The position numbers and the translations under genes were made by a program. Below the pieces are notes generated by a model. That model ran no database searches and was not told the DNA's origin. It saw only the letters and a list, made by a program, of their open reading frames with translations. Positions 26,080-36,454 of a stretch of DNA of 64,000 nt are shown one piece after another. The DNA comes from a virus: the UHGV virus genome UHGV-1375844; one strand, 5' to 3'. Position 1 is the stretch's first letter. The number at the start of each line of letters is the position of its first letter.

Positions 26080-29000
26080 TTAGTTACGTTTCGAGTTCGG
26101 GTTAAGTGATCCGCCAGGTCTCTTTTCCTGAGCGATGGTTTCGAGTGCGATCGCTTTCATTCGCTGTGCGGCATTGTTCCATGCACTCTCTGTGTTAGCG
26201 CTCTCTGTTGTGCTTCCATCGCTGTTGACGTTGATCGCAATGGAAACCGGGGACACAACGCTTCCACCACCTTTAAACCCATCGGTGTTAAGCGTAACCG
26301 GAATGGTTCGTCCATCAGGCAGAGGTACGTATGCTTCGTTCATATCCCCTTCGCCAAACAGCGCAAGCTGCGGTGAATTGGCAATCCCGCCGTTCCGATA
26401 TGCGCGAAGCGGAACAACGCCGTCCTTGCCGAAAATGCCACCGTTAGCGAACTTAGGAATATCAGGAATACCACTCGTTCCATCCGCGGCTGAACCGGTC
26501 AGGTTGTTAAAACCTGATGTTGAGCTGGATGAGCCAGAAGATGTGCTGTCAAACCCACCTCCTGCCCAGGCAGACGCCAGCCCAGAGGCGATGGTCATAC
26601 CAAAGCCCAACCACTTGTTACCTGAACCCGATGCATTCGCGCCCAGCATGGCAAATGCGGCAGAAAGAGCGCCGGTTACAGAACTGAGGTTTTGCATAGA
26701 GAAGATGGAAGTCTTCACCGCTTTGGTTTCGGCATCTTTGGCCTCAGTACTGGTGAACAATCCATTTACCCAGCTGCCGATCGCGTTCGTTGCCGAGCCG
26801 ATCGCATTTGCTGTCTCCTGGGTCGTCTGCCCCAGACCGGACACAGAGCTGGAGGTCTCCTTCGTTGCTTCACCTACAGATTTGTCACCATTGACAGCGT
26901 TCATACGGACGCCCTGGTTCGCGACGGCTGAAGATACGCCTGTCAGCAGGTTTCCGCTTTGAGAGCTGCCGGGCGCCGTCGTCCCCATGCCCAGCATGTT
27001 CATAAGCGGCAGAGTGATCTGCGTCTTAATAACCATGTTGGTGATGTCACGGAGAATGGATTCGGCCAGGCTGGAGAAATCCATTTTCCCCTTCATGACA
27101 AAGTCGGTGAGCGTGTCTGTCAGGCTACTGAAGAGATTGCTCCAGCTGCTTTCCAGCTGCTCGGCCAGGTTCTCATATTCAAGCGCCAGCTTTTGTGTAG
27201 CAGTCCCGGTCTCTTTAATGAGCGCGGTATTACCAGCGGCAACAAGCTGGTTGATCTGCTTCGTATACAGGGCCACGATTTTCGGGTCGGAAGCCTGTTC
27301 GCGCAGATCCATCAGAGCTTTCAGATTACGATTGTAGGTGTCGTTGAAATCAGCCACCTTCTCTTCACGAGACTTCGTATACCCTGCGCTAATGATGGAG
27401 TCGGACTCCGGCGCCCAGGTAGAGATCATCTGCTCGACGTTGCGGCGATTGAACATCTCACGATAGTCGTCGCTCGCATTCGCCAGATCAGCCAGGCGAG
27501 ATTTTGCCTTGTCGATCATCTCCTGAGTGATGAACTCGTTCGGAACAGCGTTAGCAAGGTCAGTCAGTGATTTTGTGGTATTTCGAAGAGACTGATCAAA
27601 CGACACGGTCGCTTTAGAGCTTTCACCCATTTGCCCCATCAGCTGATCGGCTTTATCCAATGCTTTCTGGTAGCCGGCCGCCAGTTTACGCTGCGCACTC
27701 TCTTCTTTCTTCGCTGCACGCTGGGCAGCGTTTGCTGTACGCTGGCCCGCTTTTTCTGCTGCTGCTGCGTCCTGCTCACGCGCTTTGGTAAGAGCGGCAA
27801 TAGCTGCGGTTCGCTCCTCATCGCTCATTTTCTCCAGAGAACTGGCACTTGAGGCTTTTTGCAGGTTCAGCTGAGTCTTGAGCTGCTTAGGCCCAATAAT
27901 CGGCTTACCCTCAAAGTCCATCATCGGTGTGCCGTCTGGCAAGGTTCGCTGGTACGTTCCAGAATCCATCTGGTTGCGCATAAACTGAGCCACAGCTTTC
28001 TGAGCAGCTTTATCGGTCGTCCCCAGGCCCAGAACCGTCCCCTGGTTGGAAAGGACGCCCTTACCAGTTTTGGCCGCATTATCACGCTCAAACTCTGCCT
28101 GAGTCAGTTCCTGAGCAACCGCCTCCAGATGCTCCTGATAGCCGCGAATACTCCCTTGCAGCTTCTGTACCTGCTCGGTATTACCCTCCTTTTTGGCTTT
28201 CTCCAGCAGGTCGCTAAAATGTGCAATCTGCTTTTCGGTAGCAGTCTTACGTGATGACAAAGAGTCGACCAGCTTTTGTGCTGGTTCCAGATAGGACTTG
28301 TTTACCGTTTCGCGAAGCGGTTTGAGCAGGTTGTTCTTCTCTTCGTCAGAGAGAGATTTGTCGTCATTGATTTTCTGGATCTGTTCCAGTGCATCCTGAC
28401 GCGCCTTCACGAATGTCGCGGAAAATACCTGGTTATCCGCACGGATTTTTTCAATCTGGGATTCGGCAGCCTCTTTTGCCAGACGCTTCGCTACAGCGCC
28501 ATCCCCAAGCGCGATCGTGCCGGTGAGCGTTTTGTACTCTTCCTGATTCTTTTTCAGGCGAGCCTCAATATCAGCCTTCGACTCAGTAACGGTCACAGCA
28601 CCGACAGTGCGAGAGACATAGTTCAGCCCTTGCCCTGTTTTCAGGGCTTGCTGGTCTGCCTGAATTTCTTTTTCAAGTTTGCCTGCACGTTCTGCCATCT
28701 GCGCACGTTTGGCCGCCGTCATCGCTTCCGGGATCTTGCGAATCTCGTCCACAACTTTTGACGTTTCGCTGCGGAGCATGGTCATATACGTGATCAGCCC
28801 GGCAACAGCTACGGTAGCAACGGTAAAAGCTGCACCAATGGGGTTGGCTGCGATGAACGCAGTCAGTCCGGCGAAAGCTCCCTGCAGACCCGTAATCGCA
28901 CCACGAATGGCAAAAATGAGTGATGGGATCGGGGCCAGGCCCAACCGAGCTGCGCGGTTGAATCGGGTAATGGCCGTCGCGCCAAGATTGAACGGCGCCT

Positions 29001-30681
29001 GGAGAACAGTCGACATCGTCGCGAACGTATTCACCATCTGTCCGGCTGTGCCGATCACGCCCATGATGCCGGCTCGCATCAGTTTGAAAGCCACCATCGC
29101 GGCCACAACCTTACCGAGATTGATGATCAGTTCCTGATTCTTCGCCAACCACTGAGCCAGCTCTCTCAGGGCGTCAATAGCAGTGGAAAGACCAGCTCCC
29201 AGAGAATTAGCAAAGGAAATGCCTTCTGCGCTGTTCATGATGGAAGCCAGCTCTTTCATCCCCTTGGAAAGAGAATCCAGATAGCCCGCCTGACCGATGC
29301 GATCAGCAAACAACGTGAAGGAGGTTTGCAGCTGCGCCAGCGCACCGGTGTAGGTTTGCATCATGTCTTTGGCCGCGTTTTCGTTTTCAGCACGCAGCCC
29401 AACAAACATCAGCGATAGCGCCTGTTTCGCTTCCACTGTACCGGTGGAAACTGCTTTGGTCAGTTCCCCCATAGTGATACCGGCAGCGTCTGCCATCGCT
29501 TTCATCGCGTTAGGAACGGCTTCACCCAATTGCTGACGCAGTTCTTCCATCGACACGACGCCCTTACCGGACATCTGCTGGACAGCTACGGCTGCACGTT
29601 TAAGTAGTTCACTGTCCCCGCCAAAACGTGCGACCGAGTCCACCAGCGCTTTCAAAGAGCCGTCAGTAGGATCAAGACCAGCCGAACGGAATTTGACGAA
29701 GGAGTCGGTCAGCGCCTGCATAGCGAACGGGGCATTTTGTGCCATATTGACGATGTACTGCATATCGTCAGCGGCCGCCTGGCCAGGGTTGGCCTTGTCC
29801 TTATTCAGACCGCGCAGCATGACGCGCATACGCTCCATCTCGGCAGCGGCTTCAATAATCGGCTTCTGCCAACCGAAAAGAATGTCGGTTACTGTTCGGG
29901 CCGCATCACCGATCTCACCCAACAGAAAAATGTTACCGCGCAGCCCGGAGAACATGCCTCCTTCATAGCTTCTGCCGCCATGACCGGAAGACCAGCCGCG
30001 GCGACCATTTCCGCCATAACCAGAGCCATTCCCATCGCCCGTCGCCCGGACACGTACCGGTTTGCTAATGAGCTGCTGGCGACTGATAACCGCATCCATC
30101 TGATCGCGGACCTTTTTAAGCCCTTCGGCAGCCTGGTTGGTCGTGACGCCCCAATTACTTAATCGCTTAGTTGTGGTGTTAAGGCGTGTATTCATGCCGC
30201 TGACGGATGCAGAGGCTTCCTTTACCTCCGTACCAAAGCGGCCAGCGCTTTTGCTCGCAAACGTTGCCCAATCTGAAAACTCATTGAGTTCAGACTGAAC
30301 CTTTCGCAGCGAGGAAGTCAGTTTGTTGACGGATGAGATTGTGTGGTCGACTCTTTCAACCAGGGTTTTTAAGCCTGAGTTGAGACTGGTGATGTTGCTA
30401 CGCGTTTTACGAGAAGCATCAGAAACAAGCTCGAAGCCGGCAGCTACGTCCTGTAGTTTGTCTGCCGTGGCATCGAGCTTAGATTCAAGAACGCCGATGA
30501 TGCGGGAGACCGAACCCAGCGAGCGTTCCAGACTATTAATTTTTTGAGCTGGCTTAGTGGCCTGCTCTCCGAATCTGGTAAGTAGCTTACCCGCCCGGTC
30601 AATTGACGCTGTAAACTGTTTGTCTTCCAGCGACAGGATAAACTCTACGTTTTGTGACATTCCCTTGTCATCCTCTGCCAA
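26080..30681 (-). CDS. H: tail tape measure protein
   Basis: 1533 aa, coiled-coil rich with hydrophobic segment and Gly-rich C-terminal region; follows G/GT chaperone. Confidence 0.85.
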   Translation of the reverse strand: MAEDDKGMSQNVEFILSLEDKQFTASIDRAGKLLTRFGEQATKPAQKINSLERSLGSVSRIIGVLESKLDATADKLQDVAAGFELVSDASRKTRSNITSLNSGLKTLVERVDHTISSVNKLTSSLRKVQSELNEFSDWATFASKSAGRFGTEVKEASASVSGMNTRLNTTTKRLSNWGVTTNQAAEGLKKVRDQMDAVISRQQLISKPVRVRATGDGNGSGYGGNGRRGWSSGHGGRSYEGGMFSGLRGNIFLLGEIGDAARTVTDILFGWQKPIIEAAAEMERMRVMLRGLNKDKANPGQAAADDMQYIVNMAQNAPFAMQALTDSFVKFRSAGLDPTDGSLKALVDSVARFGGDSELLKRAAVAVQQMSGKGVVSMEELRQQLGEAVPNAMKAMADAAGITMGELTKAVSTGTVEAKQALSLMFVGLRAENENAAKDMMQTYTGALAQLQTSFTLFADRIGQAGYLDSLSKGMKELASIMNSAEGISFANSLGAGLSTAIDALRELAQWLAKNQELIINLGKVVAAMVAFKLMRAGIMGVIGTAGQMVNTFATMSTVLQAPFNLGATAITRFNRAARLGLAPIPSLIFAIRGAITGLQGAFAGLTAFIAANPIGAAFTVATVAVAGLITYMTMLRSETSKVVDEIRKIPEAMTAAKRAQMAERAGKLEKEIQADQQALKTGQGLNYVSRTVGAVTVTESKADIEARLKKNQEEYKTLTGTIALGDGAVAKRLAKEAAESQIEKIRADNQVFSATFVKARQDALEQIQKINDDKSLSDEEKNNLLKPLRETVNKSYLEPAQKLVDSLSSRKTATEKQIAHFSDLLEKAKKEGNTEQVQKLQGSIRGYQEHLEAVAQELTQAEFERDNAAKTGKGVLSNQGTVLGLGTTDKAAQKAVAQFMRNQMDSGTYQRTLPDGTPMMDFEGKPIIGPKQLKTQLNLQKASSASSLEKMSDEERTAAIAALTKAREQDAAAAEKAGQRTANAAQRAAKKEESAQRKLAAGYQKALDKADQLMGQMGESSKATVSFDQSLRNTTKSLTDLANAVPNEFITQEMIDKAKSRLADLANASDDYREMFNRRNVEQMISTWAPESDSIISAGYTKSREEKVADFNDTYNRNLKALMDLREQASDPKIVALYTKQINQLVAAGNTALIKETGTATQKLALEYENLAEQLESSWSNLFSSLTDTLTDFVMKGKMDFSSLAESILRDITNMVIKTQITLPLMNMLGMGTTAPGSSQSGNLLTGVSSAVANQGVRMNAVNGDKSVGEATKETSSSVSGLGQTTQETANAIGSATNAIGSWVNGLFTSTEAKDAETKAVKTSIFSMQNLSSVTGALSAAFAMLGANASGSGNKWLGFGMTIASGLASAWAGGGFDSTSSGSSSSTSGFNNLTGSAADGTSGIPDIPKFANGGIFGKDGVVPLRAYRNGGIANSPQLALFGEGDMNEAYVPLPDGRTIPVTLNTDGFKGGGSVVSPVSIAINVNSDGSTTESANTESAWNNAAQRMKAIALETIAQEKRPGGSLNPNSKRN

Positions 30682-31030
30682 AAATTTGCATCAGTTGCTC
30701 TTTGGCGTCAGGGTCTGCCTTATCCTTACGTGGATCGTAGACTTTATCGGTAACGACTGGTCTTCCAATCCTGAGTTGCAAACCCTCCATGAACGCCTTC
30801 ACGCCCTCGCCATCTGCCTGGGCAGCGCGAGCGACTTGTAGGTTGCGGACATCCTCTTCCGCACGTAGACGGTCGATGTTGCGACTGAGCATCCAGAACA
30901 TCGTGAGAGGGACGCCCAGCAGCTCTATTGGCGACACGGCGTAGTGAGCAACTACACGACTGAAATAGAACCCGAGATCTATCGAGACGGTCTTTATCCC
31001 GGATTCATCGCGGGAAACTACTTTGCCCCT
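30668..31030 (-). CDS. T-frame extension of tail assembly chaperone (putative -1 frameshift product G-T)
   Basis: -1 frame relative to G-like ORF opens right after a TGA at 31033..31031 and runs to 30668; overlaps the last codons GGG GCA AAG TAG of G. Confidence 0.4.
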   Translation of the reverse strand, partial: RGKVVSRDESGIKTVSIDLGFYFSRVVAHYAVSPIELLGVPLTMFWMLSRNIDRLRAEEDVRNLQVARAAQADGEGVKAFMEGLQLRIGRPVVTDKVYDPRKDKADPDAKEQLMQIFGRG

Positions 31031-31335
31031 TCACCAGCCGCTTTTTCGTTCTCTTCATCAATCACTTCCATAGCGAAGGTGAAGATCTGCTGAAGCTGCG
31101 GAACAGTTAGTTTTTCCAGCACTGCATCAGGTACGGATGGGATGACCTTGCGCACAAGATCGGCATAGGCAGTAACCTGCTCTACCGGGGACATGTTCTG
31201 AAGGTCTTTCCCTTCCATTTGTTTGATGGAAACGAACAGGCCAACAGTCATTTCAACGATGGGGTATTCCTGACCGCCGAATTTGATGCTTTTCTTCGGA
31301 GGCAGAATGGAGTCGAGATCGAGTAATTTGGTCAT
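31018..31335 (-). CDS. tail assembly chaperone, lambda G-like
   Basis: 105 aa acidic protein between major tail and tape measure genes. Confidence 0.6.
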   Translation of the reverse strand: MTKLLDLDSILPPKKSIKFGGQEYPIVEMTVGLFVSIKQMEGKDLQNMSPVEQVTAYADLVRKVIPSVPDAVLEKLTVPQLQQIFTFAMEVIDEENEKAAGEGAK

Positions 31336-31395
31336 TGGTTAAAATCCTTTTTGAAGAGAGGCTCTTCCTGAGCCTCTGCTTAATTAACACCACGA

Positions 31396-32181
31396 TTAAC
31401 TGGCAGCAGTCACCGTTACAGATTTGGTGGCCTTCTTGCCGCCGCTATTAGCAGTAAACGAAATGTTGACTGCGCCTTCTGCAACACCGCGAACCAGTCC
31501 GGACTGGTCTACGGTTGCTTTTTGTGGATCTTCTGATGCCCAGACACCGGTTTTGTCTGCAACATCATCTGGTTGAACTTGCGCCGAAAGTTGAACCGTA
31601 GCCCCTACTTTGCAGGTCGGTGAACCCGGAGAGATGGTTACGGTTTTAACCGGCTTTGGGCCGCTCATTTTCCCCAGAACGCCGTTGTCATCCGGATATG
31701 CGGTGAACTGAACGGAGAAAACGCGAACATCATCAGACTGGTAGGTCATGGTGAAGTTGCCTGCGGTTGCGGCTTTCGGGATTGTCAGAACGTAGTCGGT
31801 CGTATCCTGCGGGGTCAGAATCAACTCTTTAGCAACGTCGATCAGGTTGACGCCCTGGGCAGAGGTAATGGTCACAGAATTGTCTTCTTCGCTCATGGTT
31901 GAACCAGGCATAAGATCGACCATGTTCTGCAACACGGACTCGGCCAGCGGCGCAGTGATGGTAATGTTACGACCCTGTACCAATTCTGAGATGGTGGTCT
32001 GCCCCAACTGGTCGACGGTCACTTTGAGGGTCTCTGTCGCAACTTCGACCTGAACGCCGCCTTTGGTGTAACCCAGATCCACGCCACCAAACGACACTTT
32101 ACAAGCGCCAAGTTTGATGTTTTTTACATGGGTATTGGACATTGTTGGAAAACTCCTTTTTCCGTTAATCGGCACCGTCAT
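31396..32181 (-). CDS. V: major tail protein with C-terminal Ig-like domain, lambda V-like
   Basis: 261 aa; C-terminal Big_2-like segment (TVTISPGSPTCKVGATVQLSAQVQP...). Confidence 0.75.
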   Translation of the reverse strand: MTVPINGKRSFPTMSNTHVKNIKLGACKVSFGGVDLGYTKGGVQVEVATETLKVTVDQLGQTTISELVQGRNITITAPLAESVLQNMVDLMPGSTMSEEDNSVTITSAQGVNLIDVAKELILTPQDTTDYVLTIPKAATAGNFTMTYQSDDVRVFSVQFTAYPDDNGVLGKMSGPKPVKTVTISPGSPTCKVGATVQLSAQVQPDDVADKTGVWASEDPQKATVDQSGLVRGVAEGAVNISFTANSGGKKATKSVTVTAAS

Positions 32182-32191
32182 CGTGCCAATG

Positions 32192-32211
32192 ATAAGTATA
32201 TACTTACTTAT
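32192..32211. promoter_or_regulatory. motif A palindrome copy
   Basis: ATAAGTATATACTTACTTAT immediately upstream of major tail gene. Confidence 0.45.
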
Positions 32212-32215
32212 TTTA

Positions 32216-32665
32216 TTAATTCAACAAATAGCCAGCAAATTCAACGGGGATGCCGGCTTCAATTAGCGCCCCATCGTTTTTGGGATAGGTTATTGGCATC
32301 GTCATTGGGCGCACCAACCGAAAATGAACGCCTTCCGACTCAGTTTCCTCTACGGGCAGCATGGCCATAATTTTATTGGCCTTTTCCATAGTCTTTGTGA
32401 TCGTCGCGTTTCTCACAATGATGGTAAAAGACTCATAGAAGAAACCCTGTAACTCGTGGTCAATACCAATGCCGCTGTTGGGGTTGATCAGCAGAACGCC
32501 TGACTTCACATTGGCCGGCATAAAATGACAAAAAATGTCTGTTCCTACTTTCCCGATCTTCGCCTTTTGCATCAGGCTCGCAAATGCTTCAATAAACACA
32601 TTAACCTCTCGTAAAACCGGCTTTCCTTGCCGCGTCTGCAATTGTCTGCGAGAAACGCTTCTCAC
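32216..32665 (-). CDS. putative tail terminator protein (U-like by position)
   Basis: 149-aa ORF preceding major tail gene; true start may be an internal ATG. Confidence 0.4.
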   Translation of the reverse strand: MRSVSRRQLQTRQGKPVLREVNVFIEAFASLMQKAKIGKVGTDIFCHFMPANVKSGVLLINPNSGIGIDHELQGFFYESFTIIVRNATITKTMEKANKIMAMLPVEETESEGVHFRLVRPMTMPITYPKNDGALIEAGIPVEFAGYLLN

Positions 32666-33074
32666 TAATCAACGCTGCCCTTTCGAGGAAGAAAGGCCCA
32701 ACACGAGGCTGCACGCCAGCTACGGGCGGGTTGGTAACACTTTTCATGCGGGAAAGGTACCCGAGACGATATTTACCCAGCTCCATATATTCTGCGTAGT
32801 CGCCCACTTCCACGCCCGGGTGCCCCTCACGCGACTTTGCCCCTGAAACAGACAGCTCGATCCGCAACCCTGAATATCCCTCTTTAACAACGCGAGCAAA
32901 TATGGCGCTTTCCAACGAACCGGTCTCGATCGGTGCCATAGCACGCGCCAGACGCTCGACAAGCCTGGCCAGTTTCTCCATATCGCGGATCAAATAGCGT
33001 TTGAAGGCTTTTTGACTGTTGTTAAGTCGCTCACCAGCGCGTTTAAACTGGTGTGCGTCATAGCTTAAACCCAT
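32601..33074 (-). CDS. putative tail completion protein (Z-like by position)
   Basis: 157 aa; synteny only. Confidence 0.4.
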   Translation of the reverse strand: MGLSYDAHQFKRAGERLNNSQKAFKRYLIRDMEKLARLVERLARAMAPIETGSLESAIFARVVKEGYSGLRIELSVSGAKSREGHPGVEVGDYAEYMELGKYRLGYLSRMKSVTNPPVAGVQPRVGPFFLERAALISEKRFSQTIADAARKAGFTRG

Positions 33075-33523
33075 ACGTTTGCCCCCACTTCAAAATGCCC
33101 TGGGCGCTCACGGAGTCCCCAGCGGCGATGCACGCTTGATACTTTCAACTTTTGCCCTTCAAGTATCAGTACATCATCCAGCTGAACAGTGGCTTCAAGA
33201 GGTAGTACCAAGACCGCATCGAACAATTCCAGATTCGCTTTGCCGCGGCTGCCTGAGCTATCGGCACGCACTGATGACTTCTCGTTGCTCTGCTCAAACT
33301 TAACAATACCGGCGCTCGTCTTTCTGACGAACTGCAACTGTGCCTCGCCGTAGACGTTTTTTGCACCGAAACGGTAGATTGCTAATTCAGCTTGCCATGA
33401 AATATTCATCCACTCTCCCTCGTGATGATCGCCACACTCAAAACCAGGCGAAGGCGCGATTCCTCGTCTTAAGCCTTTCGACCAGAAGTAGATCATGCGG
33501 CGAGCGTTACGCACGGCGTACAA
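33065..33523 (-). CDS. putative head-tail joining protein
   Basis: 152 aa; synteny only. Confidence 0.35.
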   Translation of the reverse strand: MYAVRNARRMIYFWSKGLRRGIAPSPGFECGDHHEGEWMNISWQAELAIYRFGAKNVYGEAQLQFVRKTSAGIVKFEQSNEKSSVRADSSGSRGKANLELFDAVLVLPLEATVQLDDVLILEGQKLKVSSVHRRWGLRERPGHFEVGANVWV

Positions 33524-34340
33524 TCATTCGATTGTTAATGTAACTGGTCAGCAGCCGCCAGGTACTGCGTGCCACTCGTACATTTGCCGCTTTACCGGTT
33601 CGATACATATTGGTGGTTTCACCAATAGACTCAGACAAGATGCCGTCCTCGCGGGCTGCCGCCACGTCATTACCGTTAGCGATCTCGCAGGCTTCATTTA
33701 CCACGGCCAGCATCAGTGCCTCTTTGAAGTAGTCCGGTAACTCATCAAATTTTTCCTGTGTCATTCGCTCCCAATCGACAATATCGTGACGGTATACACC
33801 GTCAGCGCCCCACGGAATGTCATAGACGTTCAGCATATTCTGGGGTCGATCGTAACGGTCAAAGTCGATGCGCAGAATCTTGCGAATGGAGAACGGGAGC
33901 GTTTTGACTCGCCTGGTGGCCTCGATGAGCCGTTTGCGCATTAGTCCTTCGCCATCGGCCAGCAAAGTGTCGCCATTCAGCATATCAATGGCTTGCATCT
34001 GAGCATCAGCCACTGTTGCGAATGACTGATCGGGAATAGCCAGCTCGAAACTGTTCAGGAGAACGTACATCTGTCGCTCTTCATGCGTCAGCCCTGCAGC
34101 AGTAGCTTTGACGATGACATAGCGCAAATCTCGCTCTTTATCGATCAGCTGGTTGTGCTCGGCCGACACGACAACCGGAATGGACATCTGGCCTTCACTA
34201 ATTTCGATTGGCTCGCCATCAACGAGGGTAGTCCCAGAGCTGTCTTTGACGGTGAAAGTGGCCGACTGAATATCGAGCACATTAAACGCAAACGACAGTG
34301 AAACAGGTTCACCACTACGGTACGTGTCGATCTGAGCCAT
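33507..34340 (-). CDS. hypothetical head/connector protein (277 aa)
   Basis: ORF in head-to-tail junction block. Confidence 0.4.
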   Translation of the reverse strand: MAQIDTYRSGEPVSLSFAFNVLDIQSATFTVKDSSGTTLVDGEPIEISEGQMSIPVVVSAEHNQLIDKERDLRYVIVKATAAGLTHEERQMYVLLNSFELAIPDQSFATVADAQMQAIDMLNGDTLLADGEGLMRKRLIEATRRVKTLPFSIRKILRIDFDRYDRPQNMLNVYDIPWGADGVYRHDIVDWERMTQEKFDELPDYFKEALMLAVVNEACEIANGNDVAAAREDGILSESIGETTNMYRTGKAANVRVARSTWRLLTSYINNRMIVRRA

Positions 34341-34771
34341 TATTCACCGCCTTGCGCTTTAAGAATGCCTTCGATCATTTCGACAATGCCTTTGGCTTTC
34401 ACACCAATGGAGTTCCCAATCTGGCGAAGACCGGCGATACCTTCGCAGTCTGCAATGGACTCCAGCTCTTCCCGGGTAAACCGTTGCATTGGCTTGGCAA
34501 CCTCTTCAGAGCCGCGTTTCAACGGGACAATATCAGGGGCAGTCTGCTCGACAATCTGATCGGCCACCAATTCATTACGGCGACTGTATGCGGCAGAGGG
34601 GGAAACGTTCGTCCCTTCTACGGTAGAGGCGCGCATAGACGCACAAATTCGTTGCTGATCTACGAATGGCAGTTCAGACACCGATACGCCCTCCACGAAC
34701 TGAACGCCGCATAAAATGCCCGTATAGCCTACGAATTGGGGTTCTAATAAACGAATTTTTGCTGGTTTCAT
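34340..34771 (-). CDS. hypothetical head protein (143 aa)
   Basis: ORF coupled to downstream gene. Confidence 0.4.
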   Translation of the reverse strand: MKPAKIRLLEPQFVGYTGILCGVQFVEGVSVSELPFVDQQRICASMRASTVEGTNVSPSAAYSRRNELVADQIVEQTAPDIVPLKRGSEEVAKPMQRFTREELESIADCEGIAGLRQIGNSIGVKAKGIVEMIEGILKAQGGE

Positions 34772-34810
34772 AATTTCTCACTTATGGGCGGCCTGGCCGC
34801 CCATGTGTTG

Positions 34811-35473
34811 TTACGCGTCTGGAGATTCGGTCACTTGCAAAGATGCAGTGGCCTTATGGCTTCCGTCTTCTGAGACGATTTCAATGGTTGCAACACCAGC
34901 TGCGACACCCGTTGCCAAGCCTGACTGATCGATGGTTGCGAACTCTGGATTCTTCGAAGCCCAGGTCACTTTTTTATTCGATGCATTGGCTGGCAGGACA
35001 TTAGCGGCCAGTCTTACGGTCGCGCCTTTCTCCACTGTGGCGGAATCCGGTTTAATGGATACCGACTCAACGGAAACAGGTTTCACGGTTAACTCAACTG
35101 TCGCTGATAGATTCGTTTCCGAATCCGTCGCGGTGATCTGCACTTTCCCTGCCGCTACGCCTGTCACCAAGCCAGCGGTATTAACGGTAGCAATCGCGTT
35201 GTCGGCGCTTTTCCATGTAAATGAACCCGCACCTTCGCTCATAGTGATAGCTGCACGTAGCTGTACAGTTTTCCCTACCAAAACAGAGGGCGAAGCCGGT
35301 GTGATTGACACGGTCTGACTGAATGGAACGGCCTGGAGACAAGCGGCAAGATGGCCCTGCTGACGCTCACTTAAAGGCTCGTTGGAAATGGAGTTAGTGA
35401 ATCCGGCTCGGCACATATGGCCAGTAAAATCCGAAAACGCCTCTTCCATAATTTTCATCTTTTGCTCTGGCAT
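34811..35473 (-). CDS. Ig-like (Big_2-type) domain protein, candidate capsid decoration
   Basis: Two tandem Ig-like segments (VSITPASPSVLVGKTVQL..., VSIKPDSATVEKGATVRL...); directly after major capsid gene. Confidence 0.5.
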   Translation of the reverse strand: MPEQKMKIMEEAFSDFTGHMCRAGFTNSISNEPLSERQQGHLAACLQAVPFSQTVSITPASPSVLVGKTVQLRAAITMSEGAGSFTWKSADNAIATVNTAGLVTGVAAGKVQITATDSETNLSATVELTVKPVSVESVSIKPDSATVEKGATVRLAANVLPANASNKKVTWASKNPEFATIDQSGLATGVAAGVATIEIVSEDGSHKATASLQVTESPDA

Positions 35474-35483
35474 TCTTCTGCTC

Positions 35484-35515
35484 CTACAAAAAGGGTGGGC
35501 GTATAGCCCACCCTT
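35484..35515 (-). terminator. intrinsic terminator downstream of major capsid gene
   Basis: AAGGGTGGGC-loop-GCCCACCCTT stem followed on minus strand by TTTTTG. Confidence 0.6.
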
Positions 35516-35520
35516 AACAG

Positions 35521-35539
35521 TAGATAACTACTTACCTAC
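35521..35539. promoter_or_regulatory. motif A palindrome copy (variant)
   Basis: TAGATAACTACTTACCTAC adjacent to the capsid terminator. Confidence 0.4.
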
Positions 35540-35547
35540 TACACTGA

Positions 35548-36429
35548 TCAAATTTTGACGTTTTTCAGTGCCGCGATAGCTTTATCGTGCTTATTCGCCA
35601 GCGAGCAGTACCATTTAACACGGGTACGAACTGCGTCTTTGTTCTGAACAGTGCCGATATTTTCCACAACGATACCGGCATTCTCGCCACCGTACAGGCC
35701 AGTCACACCGTTTTCTTCAGACAGATGCAGACAGTAAATGTCAGCCGCATCATTCTCTTCAGTTTTAGGAATGAAGTCGTTGATGATGAACGGAATACCG
35801 TTGTGGCACAGCATCGGGCGACCGAAGTTTTCCAGCATAATTTCGGACGGACCGACATTTACGGTACGCAGCAGTGCTCGGTATGCACGCAGGTGCTCAG
35901 AACGCATCATGATGCAGTCAGCGCCCAGATCCTTCACTGCGTCGACCAGCTCATCGAACATAGAGAAGGTCATGGAAGCCTTCGCAATGTCAATTTTCTG
36001 ATCGTCGTGCATCAGCTTAGGAATGCCGTCGAACGCTTTGGTGTTCTCGGTAGAGTTACCAAGAATCAGGTTACGACGGAAAGCACGCGCCAGGCCTTTT
36101 ACCTTCTGACGAACCTGAATTGCGAGCTGGCTGTTGGTGTCAGACATAGTGGTCGCCAGGAATTTGTCGACGTCTACGTCGCCTGCCAGAATACGCAGCT
36201 TCGCCACATGCTCGGTGAAGGTTGCCGCGCCTTCGGAGATGGTGTCGTTCACATCAATGAAGGTCGCTTCGCTCAGGGTAGCTTCACGGTTGTAAAGGTA
36301 CGCTTTGGAGTCGATCTTCATGAACGGCAGAATGGCGAACAGATCATCGCGGTCAATAATAGTTTCGATCACGCCCTGTTCGAGTTCGTTGTTAGACAGC
36401 TTTTCAGCTTCTTCACGCAGTAATGGCAT
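35548..36429 (-). CDS. major capsid protein
   Basis: 293 aa; position after scaffold and before strong terminator. Confidence 0.65.
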   Translation of the reverse strand: MPLLREEAEKLSNNELEQGVIETIIDRDDLFAILPFMKIDSKAYLYNREATLSEATFIDVNDTISEGAATFTEHVAKLRILAGDVDVDKFLATTMSDTNSQLAIQVRQKVKGLARAFRRNLILGNSTENTKAFDGIPKLMHDDQKIDIAKASMTFSMFDELVDAVKDLGADCIMMRSEHLRAYRALLRTVNVGPSEIMLENFGRPMLCHNGIPFIINDFIPKTEENDAADIYCLHLSEENGVTGLYGGENAGIVVENIGTVQNKDAVRTRVKWYCSLANKHDKAIAALKNVKI

Positions 36430-36454
36430 CTTTCATTTCCCTATGATTAAGATG

